From Marsupella aquatica (Eukaryota; Plantae; Marchantiophyta): 64,000 nucleotides of DNA. Of this stretch, positions 1 through 12,899 are shown piece by piece (within the stretch, counting starts at the first letter, position 1; each line of letters starts with the position of its first letter). The translations under genes and the position numbers were made by a program. The stretch is from NCBI GenBank assembly GCA_973895155.1, contig OZ316895.1, positions 17,154,170 through 17,218,169 of the forward strand. The letters run 5' to 3'. Below the pieces are notes generated by a model, which was given only the letters and a program-made list of their open reading frames with translations, ran no database searches and had not been told where the DNA came from.

Positions 1-999
1 CTAGAATATCTGTGCGTTGGTTGGACAATGTCGACGGTGGTAGCTTATTCCTGCATCCGAAAGAACATACAGCGTTGGTACAGTGTGTCATAGGATGGCT
101 GCAAATAGCAATCCAGGACCTGTTTCTGCTCTAGAACCCAGGTGCTATTCCAATTGAGTTCTTGCGATATTGAATGGAATACTACTCACCTGCTAGTGAG
201 TGCTACAGCTGACGTGGTGGGTTTCTTTTGTGAAATAGTGATGTTAGACATGCAGGACTTATATCGAAATGTCCGTTTTAGGTTCATATCTGATGTTCTG
301 ATGATCCTGAAGAATTGTTGCCTTTACGTCGTCTTATGACCCGGGAGTGATGTATGTCTCTGATTTCAGCGATGATACTTTATGTTGTAGCACATCTTGA
401 GAAATGTTCCCAGTAAGCGTTCCTTTATTAAAATCATGGATATCCCTTGCTCAATTTGCATGATGATAACGCCATGTATATCATGACTATTGTTGTAGAG
501 AGGACTCCCCGAGCTCATCATTCGTGTTGAGCTAAGAACACGCTACTGTCGCGCGATTTTAGCACAAACATTTTGGTGGTCATGTGTCTCTTGGCTGCTA
601 TCTTGAGTGGTCATTGGTTGCATGCGCGACATTGGAGGAAATCTACAACATGTAGTCATCACCCATGTGGTACTGGTGGTGCACAATGTCAAAACCAAGC
701 ACTAGGAAAAGCTTCATTTTATTTGTTAAATGAATGCGGCCCATTATAATTTAGTCGTTAATGTCATCAATGTACTCCAAGACGAGAGTCACGACCCCAA
801 GGGTGGCAGACGATAATCGCCACCCAAATGTGGCATATGAAACTGATTCGAGAGCGACTGGCGGTAAAAACCAATTCCAGGCAAGTATAATATGCCATTG
901 CCAGAACTCAACCGATGGTGACAGGTGCACATATTACCTTTGGGCATACAGGGAAAAAGCACTGGCATCATGTACTTGGAAGAATTCACTGGAACTACA

Positions 1000-1600
1000 A
1001 GTGTCATGTGGAGGGTCATAACAAACCAAAGATGTGATTTACAGCAGCTAAATTTCCAATAACATCTGCAGACAATCATGTCCTCAAGAAATAGAATAGC
1101 GGAACATCGGTGGGCTTGTTTCACTTGTGGTCTTGCCAAAGGATGAGTGTCGGTACACTCCTTGGAGAGCTAGGAAACAGTGTCTCTTGGAAAGCAAGAG
1201 AAACAACGACAGGACCTTTCAACTAACACCAGCGCTTGTTCATTCCAGAGACCCAAAGGGACTGGCATTTGATGACACGTTCAAAACATCCGAGTATCGA
1301 GCCAAGTATTCGACGGTCGTGTTGGCCGCAATGGCTCTCCCCAACAATGCAATGCACTTTCTTGGTGTTTCAGTCAAAATGAAGCTTCAACTCAAATGGA
1401 TACTCCTGGCTCGTGACTGACGTGTGGGATCTAAAGTGGATCATGTTAAGTGCACCAGAAATTGACCCATGGAACACTGCTAACAATACTCCGAATCACC
1501 AATACATTCTTCGCTACCAAGGTCCATGCATTGGAAAAACAATTTCTTCACTGAAAAGATGCATCTAAATAATTGAGAAAGTATGGTCGACATGATATGA
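1000..1600 (+). pseudogene. Possible degenerate Mutator-like (MULE) transposase remnant
   Basis: The fragmentary ORF 1127-1420 contains GLAFDDTFKTSEY, resembling the first catalytic DxT(Y/F)KT motif of MULE DDE transposases. Surrounding frames are broken by stops. Confidence 0.3.
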
Positions 1601-1778
1601 AAGAATATAGGTTGCCCCTGGATGCACAAACCATCCAACTTGTAGGAACAAAATTTGAGAATTCTCGATGTTGCCAGTAGGGCACACATCCCTAAAGCCT
1701 GCATCCCGAGTTCCGTCTAAGTTTATCTTTGACCAACTCCAGGTGAGATCATGGTAGCCACTGTTTCAAGAGTAATAC

Positions 1779-4700
1779 CTACTTTTCCCGAGTCTTATCT
1801 GCTACCTTTCCTCTCCCTTTACCTTTCTCCTTCTCTTTCTCCTTCTCCTTTTCGCCCTCCTTCTCTTCACCGTCTTCTTTGTTTCCACCCATCAGCTCAT
1901 CGACACAAAAACAATATAGCTCTTGATGAAGTTGTTGCCATTGCTGCCCATTGTTCAAAGCCCTTCGCAATTCGGATCGCAACCGTTCCAACTCCATTTG
2001 CATCGCTGCCGTAGAACCCCGTTGCTGTCGAGATTAAACTCATCAGAAAAATCGATGCCTATAAAAAGGTCTAAATTTGATTTCTGGAGCTTTGCAAACT
2101 TCGTCTCAAGGCGGGAAAAGACACATTTTAAGTGAATTCGACTGATACTTGGGTAGCTGACTTAATTCGAATATCACGTGAAACCATACATTCGATGAAA
2201 TTTCATACCTCAAGCTCCTTGATTTGACGCTCCATAGCAGCAAAGCTGTAGGAATAGCCGTCTGCATCTTCCTGATCGGTACAGAATGACGATGGAAGCA
2301 CTACCAAAGGCCCTTCCCATGGATTTGGATCTTGCGATATAGCCTCAGAGACAACATACTTGCTCAAAGGAGCCACAGGAAGTAATGGCATTCGTCGATT
2401 CATTGACCTGGCCCCATGCTGGTGGTCGGATACACCCCCATGCTGCATCACAGGTGGTCGAGGTACTACCAAAAGGCTACTAATTGGACCTGTAAAACCC
2501 AGAAAATTCTCGTGGGAGTTAGGTTCGACAGGCCCACACGAGCACACAAGGTTAAGAATCGAAACTCACCAGCAAAGATCAGTCTTGTTTTTAAAAAAAA
2601 TCAGTCGTGTTGATAAAAAAAAGTTCGACATACATCCACCTATCACCTACTTTACTAGATACAAAGAAAACCAATCTGCACGATGTCCCGATGACGACGT
2701 TCATCGGGCGCCATCGGAACCAAGGAAAGTACTACATTGGAGATTTTCGAAATCTGACGTACCTTTACTATGGGTAAAAGTCCGGAGGACTTGTCGGCTC
2801 ACTGTGTCCCAAAGTCGTGCCGTGCAGTCCTCAGAACCAGAAACCAACGACACTCCATCCATGCTAAATGCCAAAGCTGTTACTGCTCGGCTACAAAATC
2901 ATGCGCAAGTGCGTTTGGTGAGGATTGAGAATATTAGAGGCAAAAAACTACTGTAAGAATTCTGATTGCAACAGGGTAGAACTTGCTATACTCCATTTTT
3001 CTTCATCAATATTCCTCTCCATTTCTCGATATTCACAGGCAGAAAGTAGAATTCACAGCGTCGACTGCGAAACCTCATACTCGGCTGACACTCGAATTTA
3101 TTCCTCAATCAAAGCTACGGAGTCATAAAAACAAACTCCAACTTGTGCGGCGACGATGAAGGGTAAATGTAATACAATGCACAGAGAACGAACCTACTGG
3201 CACAATTTACACATGTGTGCCTCAGGCTTTTGCGGAAGGTTTAAACCTGTGGCATTAGACGCCGTATCCTCAACGGGATCAGATGAATAATGTGGAAGCT
3301 CGCTAACGTGACCCAACCAAAACAAATTTATAGGCGACCTTAAGAGCTCATATGACGAGAGTTTCAGTCTGTCTTGTTGTACAATGTATCCTATACTGAA
3401 GTTCTACTGGAAATAGATTTGCTTACCTGTGACCGATAAGGGCTGCATCTGTACCAAGAAGGCCATCCGCTAGAATCCCAGACGCAGTGGGTACACCAAA
3501 GTTAAGGGCAGTTATAAAAATCCTGCCATCTGTACCACCGGCATAGAGAGCATACTCTCCAGGGTCTAATATAACGGCATTTAAAGCGGTTGGAAACACA
3601 ATAGATCGAAGAAGTGTTCCCAATGCCAAGCTCCAAATCTGTAAACCAACGGAAAATTTGTGAGCGCTCATGAGTTGCGAATTGGCCAACAGATGTATAT
3701 ATGGATCTAGAAGTGAAGTGTACACATAGATTGTGAGCCCAGAAGCTAACATTCCATGCAGTTCATTAACTCAGTCAGACATACCCATCCTCGCATAATG
3801 ACTTTAAGAATCCTGGAAAACCAACTTTTCATGCTTCCAAGGGTCACGAGTCTGTAACCCAAGGAGATTGCTTATCCAGAACTTTTCTTGCTTACACTGC
3901 GTCGAGCGCATGGAACTTAGCATTTAAAGGGAGTCACCTTACATTGTATTCATCGTCAATTAAACGGTCTGCACTCGACTTATTCTCAAGCAATGCTAAG
4001 ATCTACGTAGAACTATGCTAAGAAAGAATGACTATACCTTGCATGTGTGATCAAGAGAACAAGAAACAACGATTGCACTAGGGCCTCCAGAGCCAGCCAG
4101 CAGGCCTGTAACAGGAAGTGTGTGGTCTGACCACCCATACATGGATGTTATCTGTGTCTCGCCTTGTGCCTCTTCAGCAATATCCAGCACCCTGAAACCA
4201 TCAAAGGCAAAGACAAAATTGACGAAGGTTTGCTCAGTCCTACTAGAACGGTAGGGCCTAAAACAAGGCATGAAGGCAAACCTCAAGAATGGCAACTTCA
4301 AAACATTTTTTGTACGGGATTTACTCAGAATAAGACGATATTGCACTTGGAAAACGACCCTTTTATTGGGTCAAAACCATCCAGTAGGAAGCCAATGTAC
4401 CTGAAAAGGGGCCACACATTAACGAGTCCATCGTCCGCTCCAGAAATAAGAAGGGAGTCGTCGTCAGAGAAGACCAGACAGCTGACAGCTTTGTAGTGTC
4501 CAGACCAAACCCTAAGCAGCTTCCCACTTGCAACCTGGCCAGGACAACAAAGTTATGGTTGTTCCAAGTAGCCAACTTGAAGTACCTATAATAGTTCGCA
4601 CTAAAGCAACTGTTGTTTTTAACTCACGCAAACCCTATTTCTTCTTGGACAACCCTGCAGAGCCACATTCCCATCTATGCCTCAAGATCCTATGAATGTC

Positions 4701-6127
4701 CATGGCCACGCCGACTCATAGGCACAATTCAACTTCCTTTCACACGCGAGGACGGATGGTCTAGCATTTCCTCCACAAGTTCTTTTGGTTTATTCAGAAA
4801 TTGCACTACAGAATGAGGCTTTCTGCCAACTGGCCCATCTGCGTCTCGACCGTTCAATATGCTCCGGAGTGCATGCACGATTACTTAGTAAATTTTATTA
4901 CATTATCATGAAAACGTCACAGTGAAACGTATCCACAAACCGATAACACGTTCAGCGTTACTGGAATTGAATCAAAACACAATACTGGGACCTAGATGCG
5001 GATAGCTCTAACAATTGGCTGTCTTTGGGCACCGAAACTTAAGGACTCACCTCCCACAGATAGATGCGACCTGACAAACCACCACCTGCTAGATATGTTC
5101 CCTCACCGGTGCATGCTAGAGGTACGATCGGTTCCACGGGATAACTCTTGAACGCAACTTGATTCTGTCAACCATCCATCATTCACTTCAGAACATTAAA
5201 TTATACAAGCCAAACATCTCATCAGGAACCTACAAACGAGTGTAAAATCAAGCTGTAATCGCTTCTACACAAATGTAAAGATTCCACTGTGAACAGCAGA
5301 AACTGGCAAAAGTACCCGAATGAATGGCAAGCAGCAAGTAGGCAGGAAAGGTCTGTGTGTGGAGGTCTGCGGAAGGCAAAATCGACGCCCGACCGCCAGC
5401 AAAAGTGTGACGTATTTCGAGTTCTAGAAAAGAGCCACATCGATTCAAGTCCATTCCACGACATATTCCATGGACTCGCTTCCTCTTGGAAAGTTTAATC
5501 CGTACAGTGGCTTTCGAAGACTAAAAAAAGAGGAGAGAAGTAGCTTATTCTGATCCTTACTCTCAAGCAAGGAAAAACAAAAATCCCGCGATACTGTGAG
5601 TGGATTGTAAGATTACGACGGACATTCTATTCGGGGAAGAACGGTCAGTTTGAATTAGGATCGTACCAGTGTCACTCATATTCCGTGAACGCAGCAAAGG
5701 AAGCAACACTTGCTAAGTCGAGCGAAGGAGAAACGAAAGAATCAATATAAGAATTCATGTCAGCGCACCAGATGCGATCATTGACCAACTCGCAAAGGCC
5801 AGTATGTGCTGATACGATTTTGCTTCGAAAAAAAGACGACAGGGAAGGGAGGAGGATGGCTACATTCTCCGGAAAAGGATTGAATCCTTGCACACCTTAT
5901 GCCACGCCCAGAAGAAAATCGCACCGCCGGATGAGGAAGAGGAGGGCTTGAGAGACTGGGAAGCTGCAAGGTAATGAGGGCCGACGGGACAGAGCGCATT
6001 GCGAGGCGCCGCACAAGATCGAAGGTGGGACAGAAGCGCTCCGGAGGAAGCATCCCATAGCGTGACTCCTGCGTCAACGCTGGAGCACACCACCACTGCT
6101 TCCCTCACGGTCGCCAGCTTGCCCCAT
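1779..6127 (-). CDS. RID3: WD40-repeat protein, RID3/WDR18/Ipi3 family (pre-rRNA processing). 8 coding exons: ~6127(or 6117)-5896, 5164-5051, 4534-4401, 4191-4038, 3638-3427, 2890-2763, 2489-2209, 2024-1779; ~496 aa
   Basis: The hand-spliced exons all have GT-AG introns and consistent phases. Translation: VVVCSSVDAGVTLWD...IFFWAWHK|NQVAFKSYPVEPI...GGGLSGRIYLWE|VASGKLLRVWSGHYKAVSCLVFSDDDSLLISG...SDHTLPVT...DHTCK|IWSL...|AVTALAFSMDGVSLVSGSEDCTARLWD...PLSKY...|QRGSTAAMQMELERL...WQQ. This follows the motif order of Arabidopsis RID3. The start codon is uncertain (see findings). Confidence 0.93.
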
Positions 6128-6675
6128 CCACCCGCGGGTGGACCCTCCCTCCCGGTTTCTCCTCCTATCCGCCTTCAAAAACCTTCAAAAAATTCTCGTC
6201 ATGCTCATCATTATTGCCCTATCCGAGGTCCTTTTCCTCCACATTCTTTCCTTCCAGCATAATCATACTCTCCTCCGTCGTCCTTCTCCGCTCTTCTCTT
6301 CTCTGCTCTGCTCTGCAATCCTCTCCTCGCTTCTCCTCACCTCACTATCCGTCCTCGAGGAAGCGCAAAACATACAATGAAATGTGAATCTCAACTGCAC
6401 ACAGCGTCCGTTTAATCCGCCCGTTCCACTGCAGAATGGGCTGGGCAGGGCTGCCTGCTTTCTGCGTCGCGCCTCCTTCTTCCTTCTGCTGCGATTTCCG
6501 CAGCGCCGCCAATCCGCAGAATGATGAGAATCAAAGAGAGCAGAGCCGCAATCCACGAGCGCGACACCGTCGTGGAAAGGCGAACAGGGCATTCTCCATT
6601 GCTCCACTACATCACTACGTTACAGCAGCAGCTCGCTCCCTCTACAGTCGGCCTCATCATTCGGTGGCGATCGCT

Positions 6676-6715
6676 CTTCCTTCCTTCCTTCCTTCCTTCC
6701 TTCCTTCTTCTTCTT
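6676..6715 (+). repeat. (CCTT)n/(CTT)n microsatellite
   Basis: Direct reading: cttccttccttccttccttccttccttcc... Confidence 0.85.
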
Positions 6716-6762
6716 CACTTTCTTGTCTCTCCTTTTGCTCGCGCTCTTTTTGTTGTGCATTG

Positions 6763-7690
6763 GTTTTGGAGGGGCAGACTTCCTACACTCGCCCCTCTTT
6801 AAGTGCACACTATAGGAGTGCGAAGCCTGGCTAATTGCAAAGGGCCCCTTTCTTCCCCTGGTTCTTTTTTCTATTTTGAATTGTTTGGGAGGGGCAGACT
6901 TCCTACACTCGCCCCTCTTTTAAGTGCACAGTATAGAAGTGCAAAGACTGGCTAATTGCAAAGGGGCCCCTTTCTTCCTTTTTTTCTGACTATTTTGCGT
7001 TGTTTCGGAGGAGCAGACTTCCTACACTCGCCCCTCTTTTAAGTGCACACTATAGAAGTGCAAAGACCGGCTAATTGCAAAGGGCCCCTTTTCTTCCCCT
7101 GTTTTTTTCTGTTAATTTACACTTTCTTATCTTTAGATTTGAGATTTTGCGTAGCTTTGTTTTGTCGTGCATTGTTTTGGAGGGGTACACTTCAGAAGTG
7201 CAAACCCTGAGTAATTGCAATGGGCCCCTTTCTTCCCTGTTTTCTCTGACTATTTTTACAGTTTCTTGTCTTTTGTTTTGCAATCTTGCCTATCGTTGTT
7301 TCGAGGGGCAGACTTCGTGCACTCGCCCCTCTTTAAGTGCTCAAAATAGTCCAAACCCTGGATAATTGCAAAGGGCCCATTTCCCATTTCTTCCCTATTT
7401 TTTAAAACTATTTCTTGTATTTCTTCTCGTGTTGTTATTTGTTGTTTTGGAGGGGCAGACTTTGTATTCTTGCCCCTCTTTAAGTCCACCAGATAAGTGC
7501 AAACCCTGGATAATTGCAATGCACCCTTTTCTTCCCTGTTTTCTCTGACCATTTTGCAGATTTTGCAGTTGATGTATGCAGTGCCGACCCGCAAAATTTT
7601 GGAAATTAGGGCTAAAATTAGTTGTCATGTAAAAGAGGGCTAAAATTTAGGAGGGCTAAGTTCTAGAGGGCTAAAATGAGTTTGTCAAAC
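6763..7690 (+). repeat. Array of ~6 conserved ~90-bp units (period ~120-170 bp) with T-rich spacers, ending in a MULE-TIR-like terminus
   Basis: The unit ggaggggcagacttcctacactcgcccctctttaagtgcac...taattgcaaagggcccc occurs at ~6768, 6888, 7008, 7180 (partial), 7303 and 7449. It is followed by repeated agggctaa motifs and ...gagtttgtcaaacc at ~7690. Confidence 0.85.
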
Positions 7691-8529
7691 CTAAAAAGAA
7701 TGTTGTCATTTAAGTTTCCAAAAAATTCTAAGCAGTTGTGAAAACATTCTAGAGTAATCCCCTAAATGAAAATAGCTACGTTAGCATAGGTCCTATGCAA
7801 CAAGGATGGCATTACAATATTATCACTCACCATGGATTTTTAAAATATTCTCACCAATAAGTCAAATCTCTGAGGTGTTTTTTGTCTGCATACATTTGAT
7901 TCCCCCAGTAATGTTTTAACCTTTAGTCTTTGGTTGATTAAAAAGAACCGTCGGATCTCAAATTGACCCTAATATGAGGGAAGAATTAGGTAATGCAAGG
8001 CCCAAAATCGCTTGCAATTTCCCTAATATTAATCAAACAAGCCAGAGTAAGGTTTTGGTAATTTTTTGTCAAATCTAAAATGACTGACACTAGCTCAGTG
8101 CAATCCCTACTCTCCTTTCACTTTTTTGTCACAACACCATGACCCATCCTGACGGGAGGGAAGTCCAATAGGACATTTGGGATGGCTTATGACAATGGTG
8201 AAAAATCTCACAAGCAGATGCAGCTAGGGAGGTTCTAAGGGGACGGGAAACACCTACTAGTATTTTGTGCTACAAGGCAAGTTCTTATGCAAAGAACAGT
8301 GAGTGGTTGTGCTCCCACCAAAATCTGAGGGAGGCTTTCTTACCATTGGGTACTTGGGGGCATCACTCAGATAACATTTTTTATGGTCCTTTGGTAACCA
8401 ATGAAATGCACACAGAAATTAAGTATTTATTCAAGGTTCTCTTGTCATCATGGTCTGCTATGCTTGGAATTCATGCATGCCACGGGCAAGTTTGCAGTTA
8501 TTAAATTTTGGCTGTGCCATCTCAAGTGG

Positions 8530-8900
8530 GTTAGTATAACATTTCATTGCGCAAAAGAGTAGTTAAATAACAGATGTAATTAAGTCAAAGATGTTGTTAA
8601 GTAAATATATGGTTGTTCGGATATCTCTATTGTCAAGTAAAGATGTCGTTGCGCAAAAGCTTTTGGTAGGTGAAAGACGTTGTTGTGCAAAAGATGTCAT
8701 TTAGTAAAATATATCATTGCGTCAAACATGTGATTTACTAAAATATATGGTTTGTCAATGCATAATAGATATCGTTATGCTAAAGATGTAGTTGAGAAAA
8801 ATTATCCTGGCGCAAAAGATAGCTTGAGTAAAAGTTTTGTTTATTAGAAGGATCTCATTGCATAAAATATGCCGTGAGTAAAAGATGTCATGACTCAAAA
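8530..8900 (-). repeat. Degenerate (aagatgtc)-type repeats, probable reverse-oriented Helitron 3' remnant
   Basis: Reverse complement of the gacatctt / tttgtgcaacg repeats seen in the Helitron ends at 34.2-35.4 kb and 62.6-63.4 kb. Confidence 0.5.
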
Positions 8901-9394
8901 GAGAGGCAACATTGACTACCAAAGTATAACCTTTCTTTTCACCTGCCTCGGTTGGGCCTTTTGTCGCTTCTTGATGCGTTTTTGCTTTCATCGGATTGCG
9001 GTCTGTCATGTCTGCGTTGAGAGTGTTGGCGTGGGGCAAGCGCCCAGCCCCACCCCACACTTCTCCCCCGTCCTCCCCTCCCCCTCGTGGCCGTCTTTGT
9101 GTTTGCTCTTCTTCACTGGATCTCTCTCATCTTCGTGATGACCCCATGCCCGATGCTCTGCCAGTCCCCCCCGTCTACTGCCCACCCCATCGTTGCCCTG
9201 GCTCCTCTCCCCACCCCATTCCCTCTCCACCCATTCATCATCCTCCTCCGGCCTCCTCGTCCACATTTGTTCACCATTGTCATAAGCCATCCCGGACGAG
9301 CGTCCCCTGCATACTTGTCCTGACTGTGGATGGGTTGGCATCTCCCTCCCTCATCATCGCGGGCGGGGCCGGTGCCATCGTCGCCAGCAAGCAC

Positions 9395-12300
9395 AATCCC
9401 AGCCTCAGCCCCCTATTGACCCGGTTAGCTCTGCCCCTCCCTCCTTGGAGGCTCCCGAGCAGGCATGGAGTTGGGTTCGCACTCTAGACCCCCTTCCAGC
9501 CTACCATCCAGGGTACATTAGACCTCGCCTTTATAACCACATTCCTCTGGCGCTGCGCCCTTTAGTTCGGTCCTCCTTGTTGCAACTCATGCAGCTTATC
9601 TTGGCGCATCCTATGGAGGTCTCCTACTGGTCTTTACTAATGCTTTTTCCACAGTGGTCTCTTACCCTCCCTAGTCATGGTGGTCGTGTGGGTCACCGTG
9701 AGACTGCCTTTCGTATCCATCATTTTTTGCGGGGAGATTGGGAGTAGCTTCAGGAAGAGTACTTTCTTCACGCCCGGTCTTTTACCGCCCGTGCTTTGTT
9801 TGACCCAGCCCGCCACTCTCATCCCCCTGAGCATAGACGTCTTTGTCGCTCTTGTCGTTTAGCACAAGCTGGTGAATATCGTCGGGCTGTCCAAGCCCTT
9901 TCTCCCACCACACCAGCCCCCCTGGCAAGGTCACCTCGTCAGCCCTTCAGGATCTCCCTCCGCAGCCCCATGATCAGCTCCCTTTGTTCGTAGAGGATTT
10001 TGAGCCTGAGGAGGATCTTTAGTTTAGTAGGGACCACTTCACCTATGCCTTCCTCCATGCCCCGCGTTGCACTACTGGTGGCCCCTCCGGCTATGTCTTT
10101 GAGCATTTTCGGGATTTATTCCCCCCGAGGATCCTCAGTTTGGTTTTCCCGTTTTCTTCTCCTTTTGCCAGTGTATTGCAGCCGGTCGTTTGCCTCCTCC
10201 CGTCTCTCGGCTCTTGAGTGCTTCTCGTTTATTGGCCATGGCTAAGTCTTCACCGGGTGTTCGGCCAATTGCTATTGGGGAGGTTTTTCTTCGGCTTGTG
10301 TCTCGCACACTTTCCTCGCAGTTTCGCTCTGCACTATCGGATCATCTCTCTCCACATCAGTTTGCAGTTGGTGTTCCTGGCGGTTGTGAGACAGTTATTG
10401 CGGGTATTCAAGCTACCTTGGACCTCCACCCTGATTGGGTTGTCCTCCAGGTTGATGTCTCTAACGCTTTTAATACGGTTTCTCGGGCAGCCATTTTTCG
10501 TGCTTTGAGGACGGCGGATCCAGACATCCAGTCCCTGATCCCCTTTGTCCGTTGTTTTTATGGACTCGAGGCCCCACTCTTCTATAGTCATCACTCCTCT
10601 ACAGGTGTGTATACCACTCTTTCCTCTGCAGAAGGTACTCGTCAGGGTGACCCTTTGGGTGGGTCTCTTTTTGCCATTGCCCATTTTACAGCTTTACGGG
10701 AAGTCGCCATGGCCCACCCCCAGTGTATCTTCCCCTCCCTTTCAGATGACACCCACATCATTGGTCCTCCTACCGCGGTTACTTCTGCCCTCGCCACTCT
10801 TTCCACCCATTTGATGGGCCTCGGTTTACGAGTTCAGCCTGTGAAGAGTCGTGCATGGAGTCCAGCTGGGTTACCCTCTGATCTTGCGCTTCCCCCAGGG
10901 TTCTTACGTCCAGCCGATGGTCTTTGGGTCCTTGGCTCCCCAGTCGGTACCGCCTCCTTTTTCTCCTCTTTCATCGCTAACTCTCTACAGGCTGCCTTAG
11001 CCTCTACTCCTATGCTCCCTAAGTTAGCAGATTCTCAGGCAACATTTGGGATGTTGTTGAGGTGCATCCACCCTCGTGCGTCTTATCTGGCTAGGACACA
11101 TCCCCCTACCGAGGATCTTTGTCTCCACCTTCGAGCATTTGATGTCTCCATTCGTCAGACCCTGGCCTCTCTTTTGGGGCCGGGTACGTTGCTCTCATCT
11201 CCGTGGCTTCATCGACAACTCAGTCTTCCTATTTCGCAGGGTGGTTTTGGGCTTACTTCCATTGAAAGCCTTGCACCTTTGGCCTTTTTGGGTGCATGGG
11301 CGGCCGACTTCTCATTGTTGGCCAATCGTTTTCTTATTGAGGATTGCCCTTTTTTACTTTCATCTCTCATGGAGGTAGAGGAGGGTTCCCTCCCGTTTCA
11401 GGTTCATTTGCGCGCAGCGCGGTCCTCATTACCAGATCCCGTTCATGCCGCGTTACCTTCTTTTCAGGAGTTTTCATCCTTGGATCCCGTTCGTCTTCAG
11501 GCAGACCTTGCTGGGCGTATGCACGCTTTCACCCTTTCCAGCATCCTCTCCGAGGCACCTGACACGGACCGAGCTCGGAATCTTTCTTCCGGAGGGAAGG
11601 GCGTAGGTGGATGGCTTCAGGCCAATCCAGTCATTCCTCATTTGCGGATGTCTTCAACGGAGTTCTCCACAGCCATGGGTCTTCGTATGGGGCTGCCCCA
11701 CCCACTTCTTGCAGGTTTACCCCCTTCTTGCACTTGTGGGAAGCCTTGTGATGCCACAGGTGTCCATCTTCTTCGGTGCAGTTTGGGAGGTGAAACCATT
11801 ATTGTTCACGATGCTGTGCGATGCGACTGCTCAGGTTCTCTATGGCTCTTTGGTATGCGTGCGGCGGGAGGTGGTACTCGAGTTACCTGGTCCTCCATCA
11901 CAGCGGTTACGGGTGGATCTTACCATGGTCCGTGAGGGTCAACGTACATTGGCAAATGTAGTGGTGGCAAACCCATTGCGCCAAGACATCATTGGGACAG
12001 CGGCAACTACGGCAGGGGCAGCAGTGTCACGTGCGGCAACAACAAAGGAGGCCAAATATGCTGCACGAGCTTCATCCGACAGCTTCCTCCCCCTTGCTCT
12101 GGAGCTATTTGGGCGTCTTCATCCTCAGTTTGATGGGCTTCTTCGGCAAGCTGCCCGGGATGTTCATGGCCGCATGGGTCCCACCGGACCCCCGCTTTCT
12201 ATTTTGACCACGCACTTTCGCCAACGCATTTCAGTCACCTTGCAGCGTGCTCAAGCTCGGGCCATCTATCGTCGATCTCTTACAGTGGGTGCTAGTGTGC

Positions 12301-12607
12301 CTCCGCAGCGGCTAGCTCCCCTAGAGGATGTTCCAATCCCACTTGACGATCTAGTTTTGACCCTTGATGTGGACCAGTAGCTTTTTGCCACATTCGCTAG
12401 GAATGATGAGGACCTCAGTCCGCTTGGGTTAGTTTTAGTCTCTCTTTCTTGGTTTTAGGGGTTTCCTATTGCTCATTTCTTACTTTTAGTTCCTCTTTCT
12501 TGGTGTTTAGTGGTTTCCTTTTGCTCACTTCTTTTTCTATTGGTTTTGTCCACTTGGGCTCTCTTTTGTTTTCATTTGTACTCTGATTGGCCCCTTTGTA
12601 TATAAAA
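9395..12607 (+). mobile_element. 5'-truncated, decayed non-LTR retrotransposon with RT and restriction-like endonuclease, CRE clade
   Basis: RT motifs: RPIAIGEVFLRL, QFAVGVPGGCE, DVSNAFNTVSR, GTRQGDPLG, SLSDD, QLSLPISQGGFG. Zn knuckle: CTCG...H...C. RLE: RVD...LANVVV...KEAKY...FLPLALELFG. Lesions: stop at 9745 and frameshifts near ~9925, ~10125 and ~11820. The T-rich 3' UTR has a ~55-bp duplication and ends in a short A tail at ~12607. Confidence 0.88.
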
Positions 12608-12899
12608 AGTGTGTATATTTGATTATAATCAGGCCAGTGACCAAAGAGGTTTGGTCACAAAAGCTGTTACAAATTACAAATGCCCTCTTTTTAGTATTAT
12701 ACACTGTATTTTGGAGAATCTTATGTACAAAATTGTATGCAGGAGCATTTTAGGGTCCCACCAAAAAGCTAAACAGAAAGTTCAACCAACAAAGCAATAA
12801 TTACTTTTTCTTTATTTTTTCATTTTTTCCCTTTTAAAGCGTAACCAAACCCAACCACCCCCACTCCCTCTGTTTTATTAAATAAAAAGTCTACTCTGT

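Noticed and set aside
2360-2956. 198-aa plus-strand ORF
   Set aside because: Antisense shadow of RID3 exons 6-7; no recognisable motifs.
6763-7530. CRISPR array or ribozyme array
   Set aside because: The context is eukaryotic with no cas genes. Repeats are ~90 bp with low-complexity, related spacers, and there is no hammerhead core (CUGAnGA...GAAA) on either strand.
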